Of a stretch of DNA of 41,544 nucleotides, positions 1 to 12,602 are shown in pieces. The position numbers and the translations under genes were made by a program. The stretch is from Gammaproteobacteria bacterium (lineage in GTDB: Bacteria; Pseudomonadota; Gammaproteobacteria; GCA-001735895). The stretch covers positions 1 through 41,544 of the forward strand of contig JBNKUM010000023.1 in NCBI GenBank assembly GCA_050298595.1. The letters run 5' to 3'. Positions within the stretch are counted from its first letter, which is position 1. Each line of letters starts with the position of its first letter. Below the pieces are notes generated by a model. The model was not told the origin of the DNA. It saw only the letters and a program-made list of their open reading frames with translations, and searched no databases.

Positions 1-64
1 TTGTTATCTGCGAAAATGCGGGTAAATCTGGTTGATCTAATAATGGGTTTTTCAATATTTTCAC

Positions 65-985
65 TTATTCTGGTAGGTTTATCATGGTTATTAAAACTGT
101 CAACATGACAAAGAATAACATCACATACAAAATTAATGATAGGCGCTTTTTATTTAATAATTCGTGTTCAGAGATTGTTGAAATCAGGAAGGGATGATTT
201 TTCTCCAGTGGCTTTCGGATAGTATGGATAACTGACTGCTGATTTTGTTGCATAACTTTTAATTCAGCATGACGTTTAATCTCATTCCATTCATTTTTCT
301 GTATCTTCCCATTTCCATCCCGATCAAAGGGTTTTAGAAATCGCATAGGCTGTATTTTCCAGTGTCGAATTAATTCCTTAACCTGTTGCTGGATGGTTTG
401 AGCATCAGGATTTTTTCTTACTGACTCAAAATCTCCTAATATGTATAGTGTGTCAGCTACTAAAATCATTTTTTCAGTAAAACGATAGTTTCCTATCCCG
501 GTAAAACCTGAAAGAGCTGAATCCTCTGGATTTAAGTGTGATGCCTGTAAGCCGTTGCCATACCAGACTCTTTGATGTGAAGGTATAACTTCTGCCTGTT
601 CAGGTATAACTACACATTCACCAGTATCATCTTTTATTAAAAATATTTCTTCAGAAACCTGATTATTTTCTTCTATCCAATGACTACGTTTACCTGTTGT
701 CTTTTTTACTTCTACCTTGCATTGATACCAGATACATTTTCGTTGACTAAATGGTGATACAATTTTTGACTCAGGTAATAGCTCAGCCAGTCCTTTTAAT
801 TCCACATAGCCCTGAGCAGCAGAAGCAATCCGTGAGGTAGCCGTATCCTGAATAAAGCGATATCGTTGATGAGTCTGGTAAATTTTATACAGGCTAAATA
901 ATACAGCCATAAAAAGTACCAGTGTAAAAAAATTATATTCAGCCGGACTTAATTCGTAAATATATTCAGATAACCATTGCGGCAT
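65..985 (-). CDS. Membrane-anchored GIDE (E3-ligase-like domain) family protein with an EF-hand-like loop
   Basis: N- and C-terminal TM helices; TSRIASAAQGYVELKG, SPFSQRKCIWY and F-x-I-x-D-x-TG motifs typical of bacterial GIDE-domain proteins found next to lemA; DRDGNGKIQKNE loop. Confidence 0.65.
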   Translation of the reverse strand: MPQWLSEYIYELSPAEYNFFTLVLFMAVLFSLYKIYQTHQRYRFIQDTATSRIASAAQGYVELKGLAELLPESKIVSPFSQRKCIWYQCKVEVKKTTGKRSHWIEENNQVSEEIFLIKDDTGECVVIPEQAEVIPSHQRVWYGNGLQASHLNPEDSALSGFTGIGNYRFTEKMILVADTLYILGDFESVRKNPDAQTIQQQVKELIRHWKIQPMRFLKPFDRDGNGKIQKNEWNEIKRHAELKVMQQNQQSVIHTIRKPLEKNHPFLISTISEHELLNKKRLSLILYVMLFFVMLTVLITMINLPE

Positions 986-994
986 CCAGAATTG

Positions 995-1570
995 TTACTC
1001 TTTAAATAGTGAGCTTAAATTCACGTCCTGAATTTCCTGCTCTTCAAACTCAAGTAAATCACGTGCGGTAAAGTTCAATAAACGCGCGACGATAATTTCC
1101 GGGAATTGCTCGATGCGCGTATTATTAATATTGACCGATTCATTATAGAATTCCCGCCGATCCGCTATTGCAGATTCTAACCCAGTGATACGACCTTGCA
1201 GATGCTGAAAATTTTCATTGGCTCTTAATTCTGGATAGGCTTCGGCTACGGCAAACAAATTACCTAAACCCATTCTTAACATGCCTTCTGCTGAACCCAA
1301 ACTCGCCATATCCTGTGACTGTCTGGCACTGGAAACCTGTGACCTTGCCTGCATTACTTTTTCCAGAGTTTCCTTTTCAAACTTCATATATTGTTTGCAG
1401 GTTTCTACCAGCTTTGGAATTTCATCATGGCGCTGCTTAAGTAATACATCGATATTTGACCAGGCCTTGGAAACATTATGTTTTATCCGGACCAGATGGT
1501 TGTAGATATTGATAATATAAAATACCAGTCCGGCTAGAACTACCCAGAATATGATTGATCCAGTTTCCAT
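995..1570 (-). CDS. lemA: LemA family protein
   Basis: N-terminal TM; AWSNIDVLLKQRHDEIPKLV, AVAEAYPELRANENF, RREFYNESV motifs. Confidence 0.93.
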   Translation of the reverse strand: METGSIIFWVVLAGLVFYIINIYNHLVRIKHNVSKAWSNIDVLLKQRHDEIPKLVETCKQYMKFEKETLEKVMQARSQVSSARQSQDMASLGSAEGMLRMGLGNLFAVAEAYPELRANENFQHLQGRITGLESAIADRREFYNESVNINNTRIEQFPEIIVARLLNFTARDLLEFEEQEIQDVNLSSLFKE

Positions 1571-1588
1571 CTATTGTTAAACCTGTTT

Positions 1589-5073
<3,485 letters not shown>

Positions 5074-5093
5074 ATAGCTTGAATATGATTTAA

Positions 5094-6194
5094 CTACAGT
5101 CGCATGGGCATCACTACATATCTAAATTGATTAGAGTCTGGAGTGGTTATTACACAGCTACTATTGGAGTCCTTTAATTTAATCAGAACCTGTTCTGAAT
5201 CCAGTACAGATAAAACATCAAGCAAATAGGTAACGTTGAATCCAATTTCAAGTGTAGATTCATCAAAGTCGACGGTGATTTCTTCTTCAGCTTCTTCACG
5301 ATCTGGATTGTTAGCCTGAATTGAAAGATTGTTATCACCAAGGATTAATCTTATACCGCGGTATTTTTCATTAGATAAAATAGAAATTCTGTGTAGTGAC
5401 TGCTTTAAAAGATCACGATTGACAGTTAGGGTTTTATTTCCATCCAATGGAATTACCCTGTTGTAATCAGGAAATTTTCCATCAATTAATTTTGAGGTAA
5501 AAGTAAATTGCCTGGTTTCAACACGGATATGGTTATTACTAATTTTTACTTCAGCAAGCTCGTCGCTATTTGATAATAACCTGGCTAACTCGAGAATACC
5601 CTTGCGTGGAATAATTATCTGCTTGTCTACAGTTAAGTTATTTTCGCTTTCATATTCACTCAAAGCAAGCCTGTGACCATCTGTAGCAACAAGACGCAAC
5701 ATGTCTTTACTGAGTTCCATTAATAAACCATTCAGATAATAGCGAACATCTTGCTGAGCCATAGCGAAGGCTGTTTTATCGATTAACAGCTTGAGAGTTT
5801 TTTGCGGGATTTCAAATGTGAGTTGCGCCTCGATATCTTCCGTACCAGGAAAATCCTTACCAGGAAGTGAAGAAAGAATAAATCGGGATCTTGCCGAGGT
5901 AAGCGTAACCTGATTTTCTTCAATATTAAATTTGATATCGCTTTTATCAGGTAGGGCTTTACAGATATCCAGCAGTTTTCTGGCTGGTAACGTGGTAAGA
6001 ATATCTTCACTAATTGGTATGTCCAGATGAGTAATTAACTCAATCTCAAGATCTGTCGCTGTTAGAGAAAGATTTCCTTTACTGGATTGAAATAAAATAT
6101 TACCTAAAATAGGTAATGTTTGTTTACGTTCTACCGCTCCTATTACCTGTTGAAGAGGATTGAGCAAGTCTTCTCTATTAATAACAATATTCAT
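5094..6194 (-). CDS. dnaN: DNA polymerase III beta clamp
   Basis: TATDLEIE, QQDVRYYLNG, VATDGHRLA, C-terminal YVVMPMRL. Confidence 0.99.
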   Translation of the reverse strand: MNIVINREDLLNPLQQVIGAVERKQTLPILGNILFQSSKGNLSLTATDLEIELITHLDIPISEDILTTLPARKLLDICKALPDKSDIKFNIEENQVTLTSARSRFILSSLPGKDFPGTEDIEAQLTFEIPQKTLKLLIDKTAFAMAQQDVRYYLNGLLMELSKDMLRLVATDGHRLALSEYESENNLTVDKQIIIPRKGILELARLLSNSDELAEVKISNNHIRVETRQFTFTSKLIDGKFPDYNRVIPLDGNKTLTVNRDLLKQSLHRISILSNEKYRGIRLILGDNNLSIQANNPDREEAEEEITVDFDESTLEIGFNVTYLLDVLSVLDSEQVLIKLKDSNSSCVITTPDSNQFRYVVMPMRL

Positions 6195-6430
6195 TATATA
6201 TATTATCTGTTGTTGTTATTAGCATCTGCCAAAAAAATAGTAAGTCGAAAATATCTTTAAAAATCAATGTTTTATTTTAAAAATAGGCCTTTGGTTGTTG
6301 TGACTATATTATCAGTAAACTGTGGATAACATAGGGATAAACTAACCGCATATATTTATTAAATACTTATCCACAAACTGCACACAGGGTTATTCATTTT
6401 ATGCTATTTACCCTCATGTGCAACATCCCA
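6195..6430. other. Probable chromosomal replication origin (oriC) in the dnaA-dnaN intergenic region
   Basis: Perfect DnaA boxes TGTGGATAA 6321-6329 and TTATCCACA 6367-6375, degenerate boxes 6332-6340 and 6378-6386, IHF consensus AATCAATGTTTTA 6262-6274, AT-rich trinucleotide-repeat tract next to the dnaN start. Confidence 0.8.
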
Positions 6431-7762
6431 TTAATTACTCAGGGTTAGATAAAGATTTTCATAATCTTCGCTAAACCTTTGATCCTGTTGTTTTAATTCT
6501 TCAACCTTACGACAGGCGTGTAAAACTGTCGTGTGGTCCCTGCCCCCGAAGGCGGCACCAATTTCTGGCAAACTATGTCGAGTTAAAAGTTTTGAAAGAG
6601 ACATGGCTATCTGACGTGGTCGAGTGATTGACCGAGTACGTCTATTGGATAACAGGTCGGAAACGTTGATTTTGAAATAATCAGCTACAGTTTTCTGAAT
6701 ATTGATTATGGAAACGTTACGTTCCTGTACTGCCAAAAGGTCTTTTAAGGCTTCTTTGGTGAATTCCTGAGTGATGGCTTGCCCTGTAAAACGAGCATGT
6801 GCAATGACCCGTTTTAATGAACCTTCCAGTTCGCGAATATTCGATTTGAATTTATTGGCGATAAAAAATGCAACCTCTTCCGGCAGCAACACGTTAACCG
6901 ATTCAGCTTTGGTGTGTAATATTGCAACTCGGGTTTCCAGATCAGGTGGTTTTATATCAACAGCAAGTCCCCAACCGAGTCGTGAACGTATTCGGTCGTC
7001 AAGCCCATCAATTTCCTTGGGAAAACGATCACAGGTGATAATCATCTGAGCTTTAGCTTCGTAAAGTGAATTGAAGGTGTGGAAAAACTCTTCCTGTGAG
7101 CGGTTCTTATCGGCAAGAAATTGAATATCATCAATCAGCAAGGCATCAACATTGCGATAGAAGTTCTTGAATTCGTTGATTTTACTATGTTGTAAGGCCT
7201 TGACCATATCCGAAACAAAGCGTTCGCAATTGACATAAACAACATGGCTATCAGGTTTTAAGCGTCTGATTTGATTACCAGCAGCCTGCATTAGGTGAGT
7301 TTTTCCGAGTCCTACCCCACCGTAAATATACAGCGGATTATAATCAGCACCCGGATGATTGCTCACCTGAATTGAAGCTGCTCTGGCAAGTTGATTCGAT
7401 TTACCTTCTACATAGTTTTCAAAGGTTTGTGATTCATTTAAGCCACTAGGATAACTATTAGTAAGTACATCAGGGGTAGTATTCTTTGCTTGAGTTGCTG
7501 CAGAAGTACTAGCACGGGTTTGACTGCCAATCGAAATGATGACATCCATGGATTTACTGTCATCCAGTTGCAGAACAATATTGCGAATTTGATCGAGAAA
7601 ATTCTTCTTTACCCAATCCATCACGAAACGATTGGGAGCCAGTAAGCAGAGTTGATTGTCTTTCAGTTCAGTTTGCAGTGGGAGAATCCAGGTGTTGAAC
7701 TGCTGCTCACTCAGTTCGCCTTCCAGATAGGAAAGACACTGTTCCCATAACTCCAGTTTCAA
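6431..7762 (-). CDS. dnaA: Chromosomal replication initiator DnaA (TTG start)
   Basis: YNPLYIYGGVGLGKTHL, LLIDDIQF, GGRDHTTVLHA. Confidence 0.99.
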   Translation of the reverse strand: MKLELWEQCLSYLEGELSEQQFNTWILPLQTELKDNQLCLLAPNRFVMDWVKKNFLDQIRNIVLQLDDSKSMDVIISIGSQTRASTSAATQAKNTTPDVLTNSYPSGLNESQTFENYVEGKSNQLARAASIQVSNHPGADYNPLYIYGGVGLGKTHLMQAAGNQIRRLKPDSHVVYVNCERFVSDMVKALQHSKINEFKNFYRNVDALLIDDIQFLADKNRSQEEFFHTFNSLYEAKAQMIITCDRFPKEIDGLDDRIRSRLGWGLAVDIKPPDLETRVAILHTKAESVNVLLPEEVAFFIANKFKSNIRELEGSLKRVIAHARFTGQAITQEFTKEALKDLLAVQERNVSIINIQKTVADYFKINVSDLLSNRRTRSITRPRQIAMSLSKLLTRHSLPEIGAAFGGRDHTTVLHACRKVEELKQQDQRFSEDYENLYLTLSN

Positions 7763-7873
7763 GATGTTTTACCTAAGTGTTGTATATCAAAGTCAAACTT
7801 GTGGCCAATTCAGGAATCAAGGCCAATCATTGTCTGACATCAGGGTTATTAAAAGATGCGCAGATTATCATAC

Positions 7874-7882
7874 TTATCCACA
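7874..7882. promoter_or_regulatory. DnaA box upstream of dnaA (probably autoregulatory)
   Basis: TTATCCACA in the dnaA-rpmH intergenic region. Confidence 0.7.
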
Positions 7883-7943
7883 GCAGGTGCAAAACAAAAC
7901 GGGCTTTTACTAAGAAATAATCAAATATAAGTGGGATTAAATG

Positions 7944-7972
7944 TTGACGAACAGGTAACTTATCGGTATCTT
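7944..7972 (+). promoter_or_regulatory. Sigma70-type promoter of rpmH
   Basis: TTGACG-17 bp-TATCTT followed by GC-rich discriminator-like CGCGCC. Confidence 0.6.
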
Positions 7973-8041
7973 TTCGCGCCTGCTTTTAAACAGGCCCTTT
8001 TCGCCAGTAAAAAAGCGACTGATCAGTATTGAGGCAATAAC

Positions 8042-8176
8042 ATGAAACGTACATTTCAACCCAGTAATTTAAAACGCGCCAGGACTCATGGTTTTCGCGC
8101 TCGCATGCAAACTCGTGGTGGCCGTTTAGTCATCAAGGCAAGAAGAGCTAAAGGCAGAGCCCGTCTTACTCCATAG
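8042..8176 (+). CDS. rpmH: 50S ribosomal protein L34 (missing from the ORF track)
   Basis: Manual translation [44 protein letters not shown]; GAGG RBS. Confidence 0.98.
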   Translation: MKRTFQPSNLKRARTHGFRARMQTRGGRLVIKARRAKGRARLTP

Positions 8177-8179
8177 TCG

Positions 8180-8548
8180 ATGATTCAAAAGACCGGGGAA
8201 TCGTTTTCCAGGTCATCCAGGCTGACCAGTGCCGCTGATTTCCAACCGGTATTTAAGGAAAATTTTCGGATTAGCGATGACTGTTTCACTATTCTTGTTT
8301 CCAGAAAAAAAGGAAATTGCGCCAGGCTAGGGTTTGCTATCGCCAAAAAACAGCTTAAACGGGCTGTAGATAGAAATCGCATTAAGCGCTTAATTCGCGA
8401 AAGCTTTCGTAACAACCTTAAAGATTTACCAGATCATGATCTAGTAGTTATGGTACGCTTCAAAATTCTGAGTTTAAGCAATCCGGAAATTTTTTCTCGA
8501 TTAAGAAAACACTGGTCCAGCGTCCAAAGAAAATGCGAAAATTGCTAA
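8180..8548 (+). CDS. rnpA: Ribonuclease P protein component
   Basis: [27 protein letters not shown] motif; synteny. Confidence 0.96.
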   Translation: MIQKTGESFSRSSRLTSAADFQPVFKENFRISDDCFTILVSRKKGNCARLGFAIAKKQLKRAVDRNRIKRLIRESFRNNLKDLPDHDLVVMVRFKILSLSNPEIFSRLRKHWSSVQRKCENC

Positions 8549-8754
8549 TCCTGCCTATCCGATTTTATCAGTATGCGATAAGTCCTCTCTTAGGCAGTCG
8601 CTGTAGATATACTCCAACCTGTTCGCAATATGCCATCGAAGCAATAGATAGATTCGGTGCGGTTAAAGGCGGATGGCTGGCTCTAAAACGTTTACTCTCC
8701 TGTCACCCCTGGGGAAGCTGCGGTTACGACCCGGTTCCTCCGGACAATAAATAA
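8533..8754 (+). CDS. yidD: Membrane protein insertion efficiency factor YidD
   Basis: [21 protein letters not shown]. Confidence 0.95.
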   Translation: MRKLLILPIRFYQYAISPLLGSRCRYTPTCSQYAIEAIDRFGAVKGGWLALKRLLSCHPWGSCGYDPVPPDNK

Positions 8755-8778
8755 ACTAACCACGAAATCAAATTCAAG

Positions 8779-10440
8779 ATGGATAATTCAAGACTTTTTT
8801 TGTATGCAGCCCTGGCATTTGTAGGATTACTCATCTGGGAGCAATGGCAAGCAGATTATGGTCCAAAACCAGATCCTGTGATACAGACCCAGACTCAAAC
8901 CAGTAATTCCAGTTCTGCCCAGAGTTTTGATAATCAGCCTATCGATGATTTGCCAGATTCTGTAACAGGAAGTAATAGTGCTGATTTATCAGCTCCCGCT
9001 TCAGCGAGTAAAGGGCAGATGATCAAGGTAGTTACCGATGTCTTTGAGTTGATGATAGATACTCAGGGTGGTGTACTCAACTCAGTCAAACTGAAAGATT
9101 ATCCTGTCGATGTGGATCATAAGGATGAATATCTGGAGTTAATCTACAAGCGTGATGATTCGCTATATATTATCCAGAATGGTCTGCGATCAGCGAATAA
9201 TCCAGCACCCACCCATTACAGCCTGTTTACCGCACCAAAAACAGAATATGTGATGGAAGATGGTCAGCAGACATTATCCGTACCTTTAACCTGGACGGAG
9301 AATGGAATTAGAGTGGTTAAAACCTATGTGTTTCATCGTGGTGATCATCTGATTTCAGTAAATCACAAGGTTCAGAATAACTCTGCAGAAGTCTGGTCCG
9401 GTAGTCAGTATCGTCAGATACAACGTTCCAAACCGCTGGAGACCAGCCGGATTTTATACACCTATACGGGAGCGGTGGTATATAACGATGAAATAAAATA
9501 CGAAAAAATAAAATTTGAAGATATGGAAGATAAGTCATTCCAGCAAAGCTCAATTGGTGGATGGGCAGCTATGATTCAGCATTATTTTCTATCGGCATGG
9601 ATAGCAGAACCTGGTTCAGAAAATCTTCTCTATTCAATTGCAAACACCAAACGTAATCCCTCTACCTATACCATAGGTATGCGTTCAGCCGCGCAACAGG
9701 TAGCAGCAGGAACTCAGGGAGAATTCAATGCACAGCTTTATGTTGGACCTAAGCGTGTAAAACGTCTGGAAGAGATTTCACCCGGGCTCGAATTAACCGT
9801 TGATTATGGAGTATTAACCTTTTTATCCAAGCCAATGTACTGGCTGCTATCTTTTTATCATAGTGTTGTCGGTAACTGGGGATTCGCGATTATCCTGTTA
9901 ACCTTAACTGTTAAAGCATTATTTTTTAAACTGTCAGAAGCCAGTTATAAATCTATGGCCAAGATGCGTAAAGTGGGGCCTAGATTAAAAACCCTGAAAG
10001 AGCGCTATGGTGATGATAAACAGAAAATGAATCAGGCTATGATGGAGCTGTATAAAACGGAAAAGATAAATCCTGTAGGTGGTTGTTTACCTATGCTGGT
10101 GCAGATTCCTGTTTTCCTTGCTCTGTACTGGGCATTACTGGAAAGTGTCGATTTACGTCAGGCGCCATTTATCCTCTGGATACATGATCTATCGGTGATG
10201 GATCCGTTCTATGTTTTACCGCTATTAATGGGTGCGAGCATGTTGATCCAGCAAAAGCTCAACCCTGCTCCACCGGATCCTGTTCAGGCCAAGGTGATGA
10301 TGGCATTACCTGTTGTGTTTACCGTATTCTTCGCATTCTTCCCCGCAGGCCTTGTGCTGTACTGGGTGGTGAATAATACCCTGTCGATCACTCAGCAATG
10401 GATTATCACCAAACGTATAGAAGCTGGCGAGAAAAAATAA
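8779..10440 (+). CDS. yidC: Membrane protein insertase YidC
   Basis: Periplasmic domain plus GNWGFAII, NPVGGCLPMLVQIP, LYWVVNN. Confidence 0.98.
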   Translation: MDNSRLFLYAALAFVGLLIWEQWQADYGPKPDPVIQTQTQTSNSSSAQSFDNQPIDDLPDSVTGSNSADLSAPASASKGQMIKVVTDVFELMIDTQGGVLNSVKLKDYPVDVDHKDEYLELIYKRDDSLYIIQNGLRSANNPAPTHYSLFTAPKTEYVMEDGQQTLSVPLTWTENGIRVVKTYVFHRGDHLISVNHKVQNNSAEVWSGSQYRQIQRSKPLETSRILYTYTGAVVYNDEIKYEKIKFEDMEDKSFQQSSIGGWAAMIQHYFLSAWIAEPGSENLLYSIANTKRNPSTYTIGMRSAAQQVAAGTQGEFNAQLYVGPKRVKRLEEISPGLELTVDYGVLTFLSKPMYWLLSFYHSVVGNWGFAIILLTLTVKALFFKLSEASYKSMAKMRKVGPRLKTLKERYGDDKQKMNQAMMELYKTEKINPVGGCLPMLVQIPVFLALYWALLESVDLRQAPFILWIHDLSVMDPFYVLPLLMGASMLIQQKLNPAPPDPVQAKVMMALPVVFTVFFAFFPAGLVLYWVVNNTLSITQQWIITKRIEAGEKK

Positions 10441-10452
10441 AGCGCAAGCACT

Positions 10453-11787
10453 ATGCAGCGCGAAGATACCATCGCCGCAATTGCTACACCGCATGGAACT
10501 GGTGGCATTGGTGTTATTCGTTTATCCGGCCCCTTATCGCTAAAAATAGCGCGACAGCTTAGCAATTCTGATATCGAAGCTGGGATTATCCAGTTTCGAC
10601 ACTTTTATGATGCCGATCTACAGGAAATCGATCACGGTATCCTGCTCTACTTTAAAGCCCCCAATTCCTTCACCGGCGAAGATGTTATAGAAATACAGGG
10701 TCATGGTGGGGCAGTTCTGCAGGATATGTTGCTAAGCCGTCTTTGCGAACTGGGTGCTCGCCTGGCGCATGCCGGAGAGTATTCTGAAAGGGCTTTTCAT
10801 AATAACAAGCTCGATTTGACTCAGGCTGAAGCCATAGCCGATTTAATTGAATCAGGCAGTCAGGCTGCAGCCAGAGCAGCGATGAGATCGTTACAGGGTG
10901 TTTTTTCCAAACAGGTGCATGCTCTGGTTGAAGAGGTTATTCAGCTTAGAACATTTGTAGAGGCCGCTTTAGATTTTGCAGAAGAAGAAATAGACTTTCT
11001 CGGCGAATCAGATGTTGAATTAAAGATTCAGAGTCTCATTCACTCAACCCATCAAACCCTGCTACAGGCAGAAAAAGGTCGTGTATTGAATGAAGGCATG
11101 ACCCTGGCCATAGCTGGTCAGCCTAATGCCGGAAAATCCAGTCTTCTAAATTATCTGGCGGGTTACGATGCAGCAATAGTTACCGATATTGCGGGTACTA
11201 CGCGTGACGTAATTCGAGAACATATAGCACTCAAGGGAGTACCGGTGAAAATCATTGATACAGCTGGTTTGCGTGAATCGATTGATATAGTAGAACAGGA
11301 AGGGATCAAACGAGCCTGGAAAGAAATTGAAAATGCAGATGTCGTACTGTTGCTAGTGGATTCTTTAAAAGGGGTCACAGACGATGATGAGATAATTCTA
11401 CAAAGATTGCAGGGCTTAAAATATAAAATTATTTTCACCAAGGCAGATCTTTTAGATGAAACAGTAAAACAAAAAGATAGCCGGACTCTGGTTTCTACCC
11501 ATACAGGCCAGGGCATTGATCAACTGATAGATGAGTTAACCTCCAACTATAATGATTACAATCATGATCAGACGACATTTATTGCCAGAAAACGTCATGT
11601 AGATGCATTAATAAAAACACATAGCCATCTAAAAAATGCTGATGAAATATTTAAAAATACGCAATCCGGCGAACTAATGGCTGAAGATTTGAGACAGGCA
11701 CAGATATGCCTGAATGAGATTACCGGAGAGTTTAATACTGAAGACCTACTGGGAAGAATTTTTTCCAGTTTCTGTATTGGAAAATAA
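10453..11787 (+). CDS. mnmE: tRNA modification GTPase MnmE
   Basis: DTIAAIAT, GQPNAGKS, GTTRD, DTAG, C-terminal FCIGK. Confidence 0.98.
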   Translation: MQREDTIAAIATPHGTGGIGVIRLSGPLSLKIARQLSNSDIEAGIIQFRHFYDADLQEIDHGILLYFKAPNSFTGEDVIEIQGHGGAVLQDMLLSRLCELGARLAHAGEYSERAFHNNKLDLTQAEAIADLIESGSQAAARAAMRSLQGVFSKQVHALVEEVIQLRTFVEAALDFAEEEIDFLGESDVELKIQSLIHSTHQTLLQAEKGRVLNEGMTLAIAGQPNAGKSSLLNYLAGYDAAIVTDIAGTTRDVIREHIALKGVPVKIIDTAGLRESIDIVEQEGIKRAWKEIENADVVLLLVDSLKGVTDDDEIILQRLQGLKYKIIFTKADLLDETVKQKDSRTLVSTHTGQGIDQLIDELTSNYNDYNHDQTTFIARKRHVDALIKTHSHLKNADEIFKNTQSGELMAEDLRQAQICLNEITGEFNTEDLLGRIFSSFCIGK

Positions 11788-11829
11788 TCCACCACATTGC
11801 AAGGGAACGAGGGATTACTCCCTTGAAGA

Positions 11830-12555
11830 TTATAGATGAAGCATACGCTCCTTCTCTTCTGCGGAAGGTTCAAAAGTTCTACTGCGATAATATTCAAAGA
11901 TAGCATTAACAACCGACTGTGGTTCATCGATAACCTGTATCAAGTCCAGATCGGTTTTATCGATAGTACCTTCTACAACCAGTGTATTCTCAAACCAGTG
12001 TAACAGACTAGACCAGAATTTTGACTCGACCAGTATGATAGGGATCTTACGCGATTTTCCAGTCTGGATCAGGGTGAGAATTTCAGCCATTTCATCCAGG
12101 GTACCAAACCCGCCGGGCAACACCACATAGGCTGCAGCATATTTTACGAACATCACCTTACGTGAGAAAAAGTGTCGGAAATTCAGAGAAATATCCTGAT
12201 AAGGATTACTTTTCTGTTCATGTGGTAGTTCAATATTTAAACCGATACTCTTCGATTTTCCCGCATGCGCACCTTTATTCACAGCTTCCATAATCCCCGG
12301 CCCACCACCACTGACGACAGAAAACCCAGAGTCGGACAACAAACGGGCAATACTCTCCGCTTTTTTATAGTAAGGGTGATCGTCTGTAATTCGAGCAGAT
12401 CCAAAAATACTGACCGAAGGCTTAATGCTTGCAAGATGTTCAAAGCCATCCACAAACTCAGCCATAATCTGAAAAATTTTCCATGATTCATGAGTTAATG
12501 AGGCATCAATCCTTGCGGTTTCTTCGGGTGAACTTACTGTGTTTTTATTGACCAT
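11830..12555 (-). CDS. LOG-family (TIGR00730-like) nucleotide phosphoribohydrolase
   Basis: SIFGSAR, GGGPGIMEA, PGGFGTLDE motif. Confidence 0.9.
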   Translation of the reverse strand: MVNKNTVSSPEETARIDASLTHESWKIFQIMAEFVDGFEHLASIKPSVSIFGSARITDDHPYYKKAESIARLLSDSGFSVVSGGGPGIMEAVNKGAHAGKSKSIGLNIELPHEQKSNPYQDISLNFRHFFSRKVMFVKYAAAYVVLPGGFGTLDEMAEILTLIQTGKSRKIPIILVESKFWSSLLHWFENTLVVEGTIDKTDLDLIQVIDEPQSVVNAIFEYYRSRTFEPSAEEKERMLHL

Positions 12556-12602
12556 TCAGGTATTCTGGGGAATTCAGGAAAAGGTTATTGTAACGTATTC
12601 GT

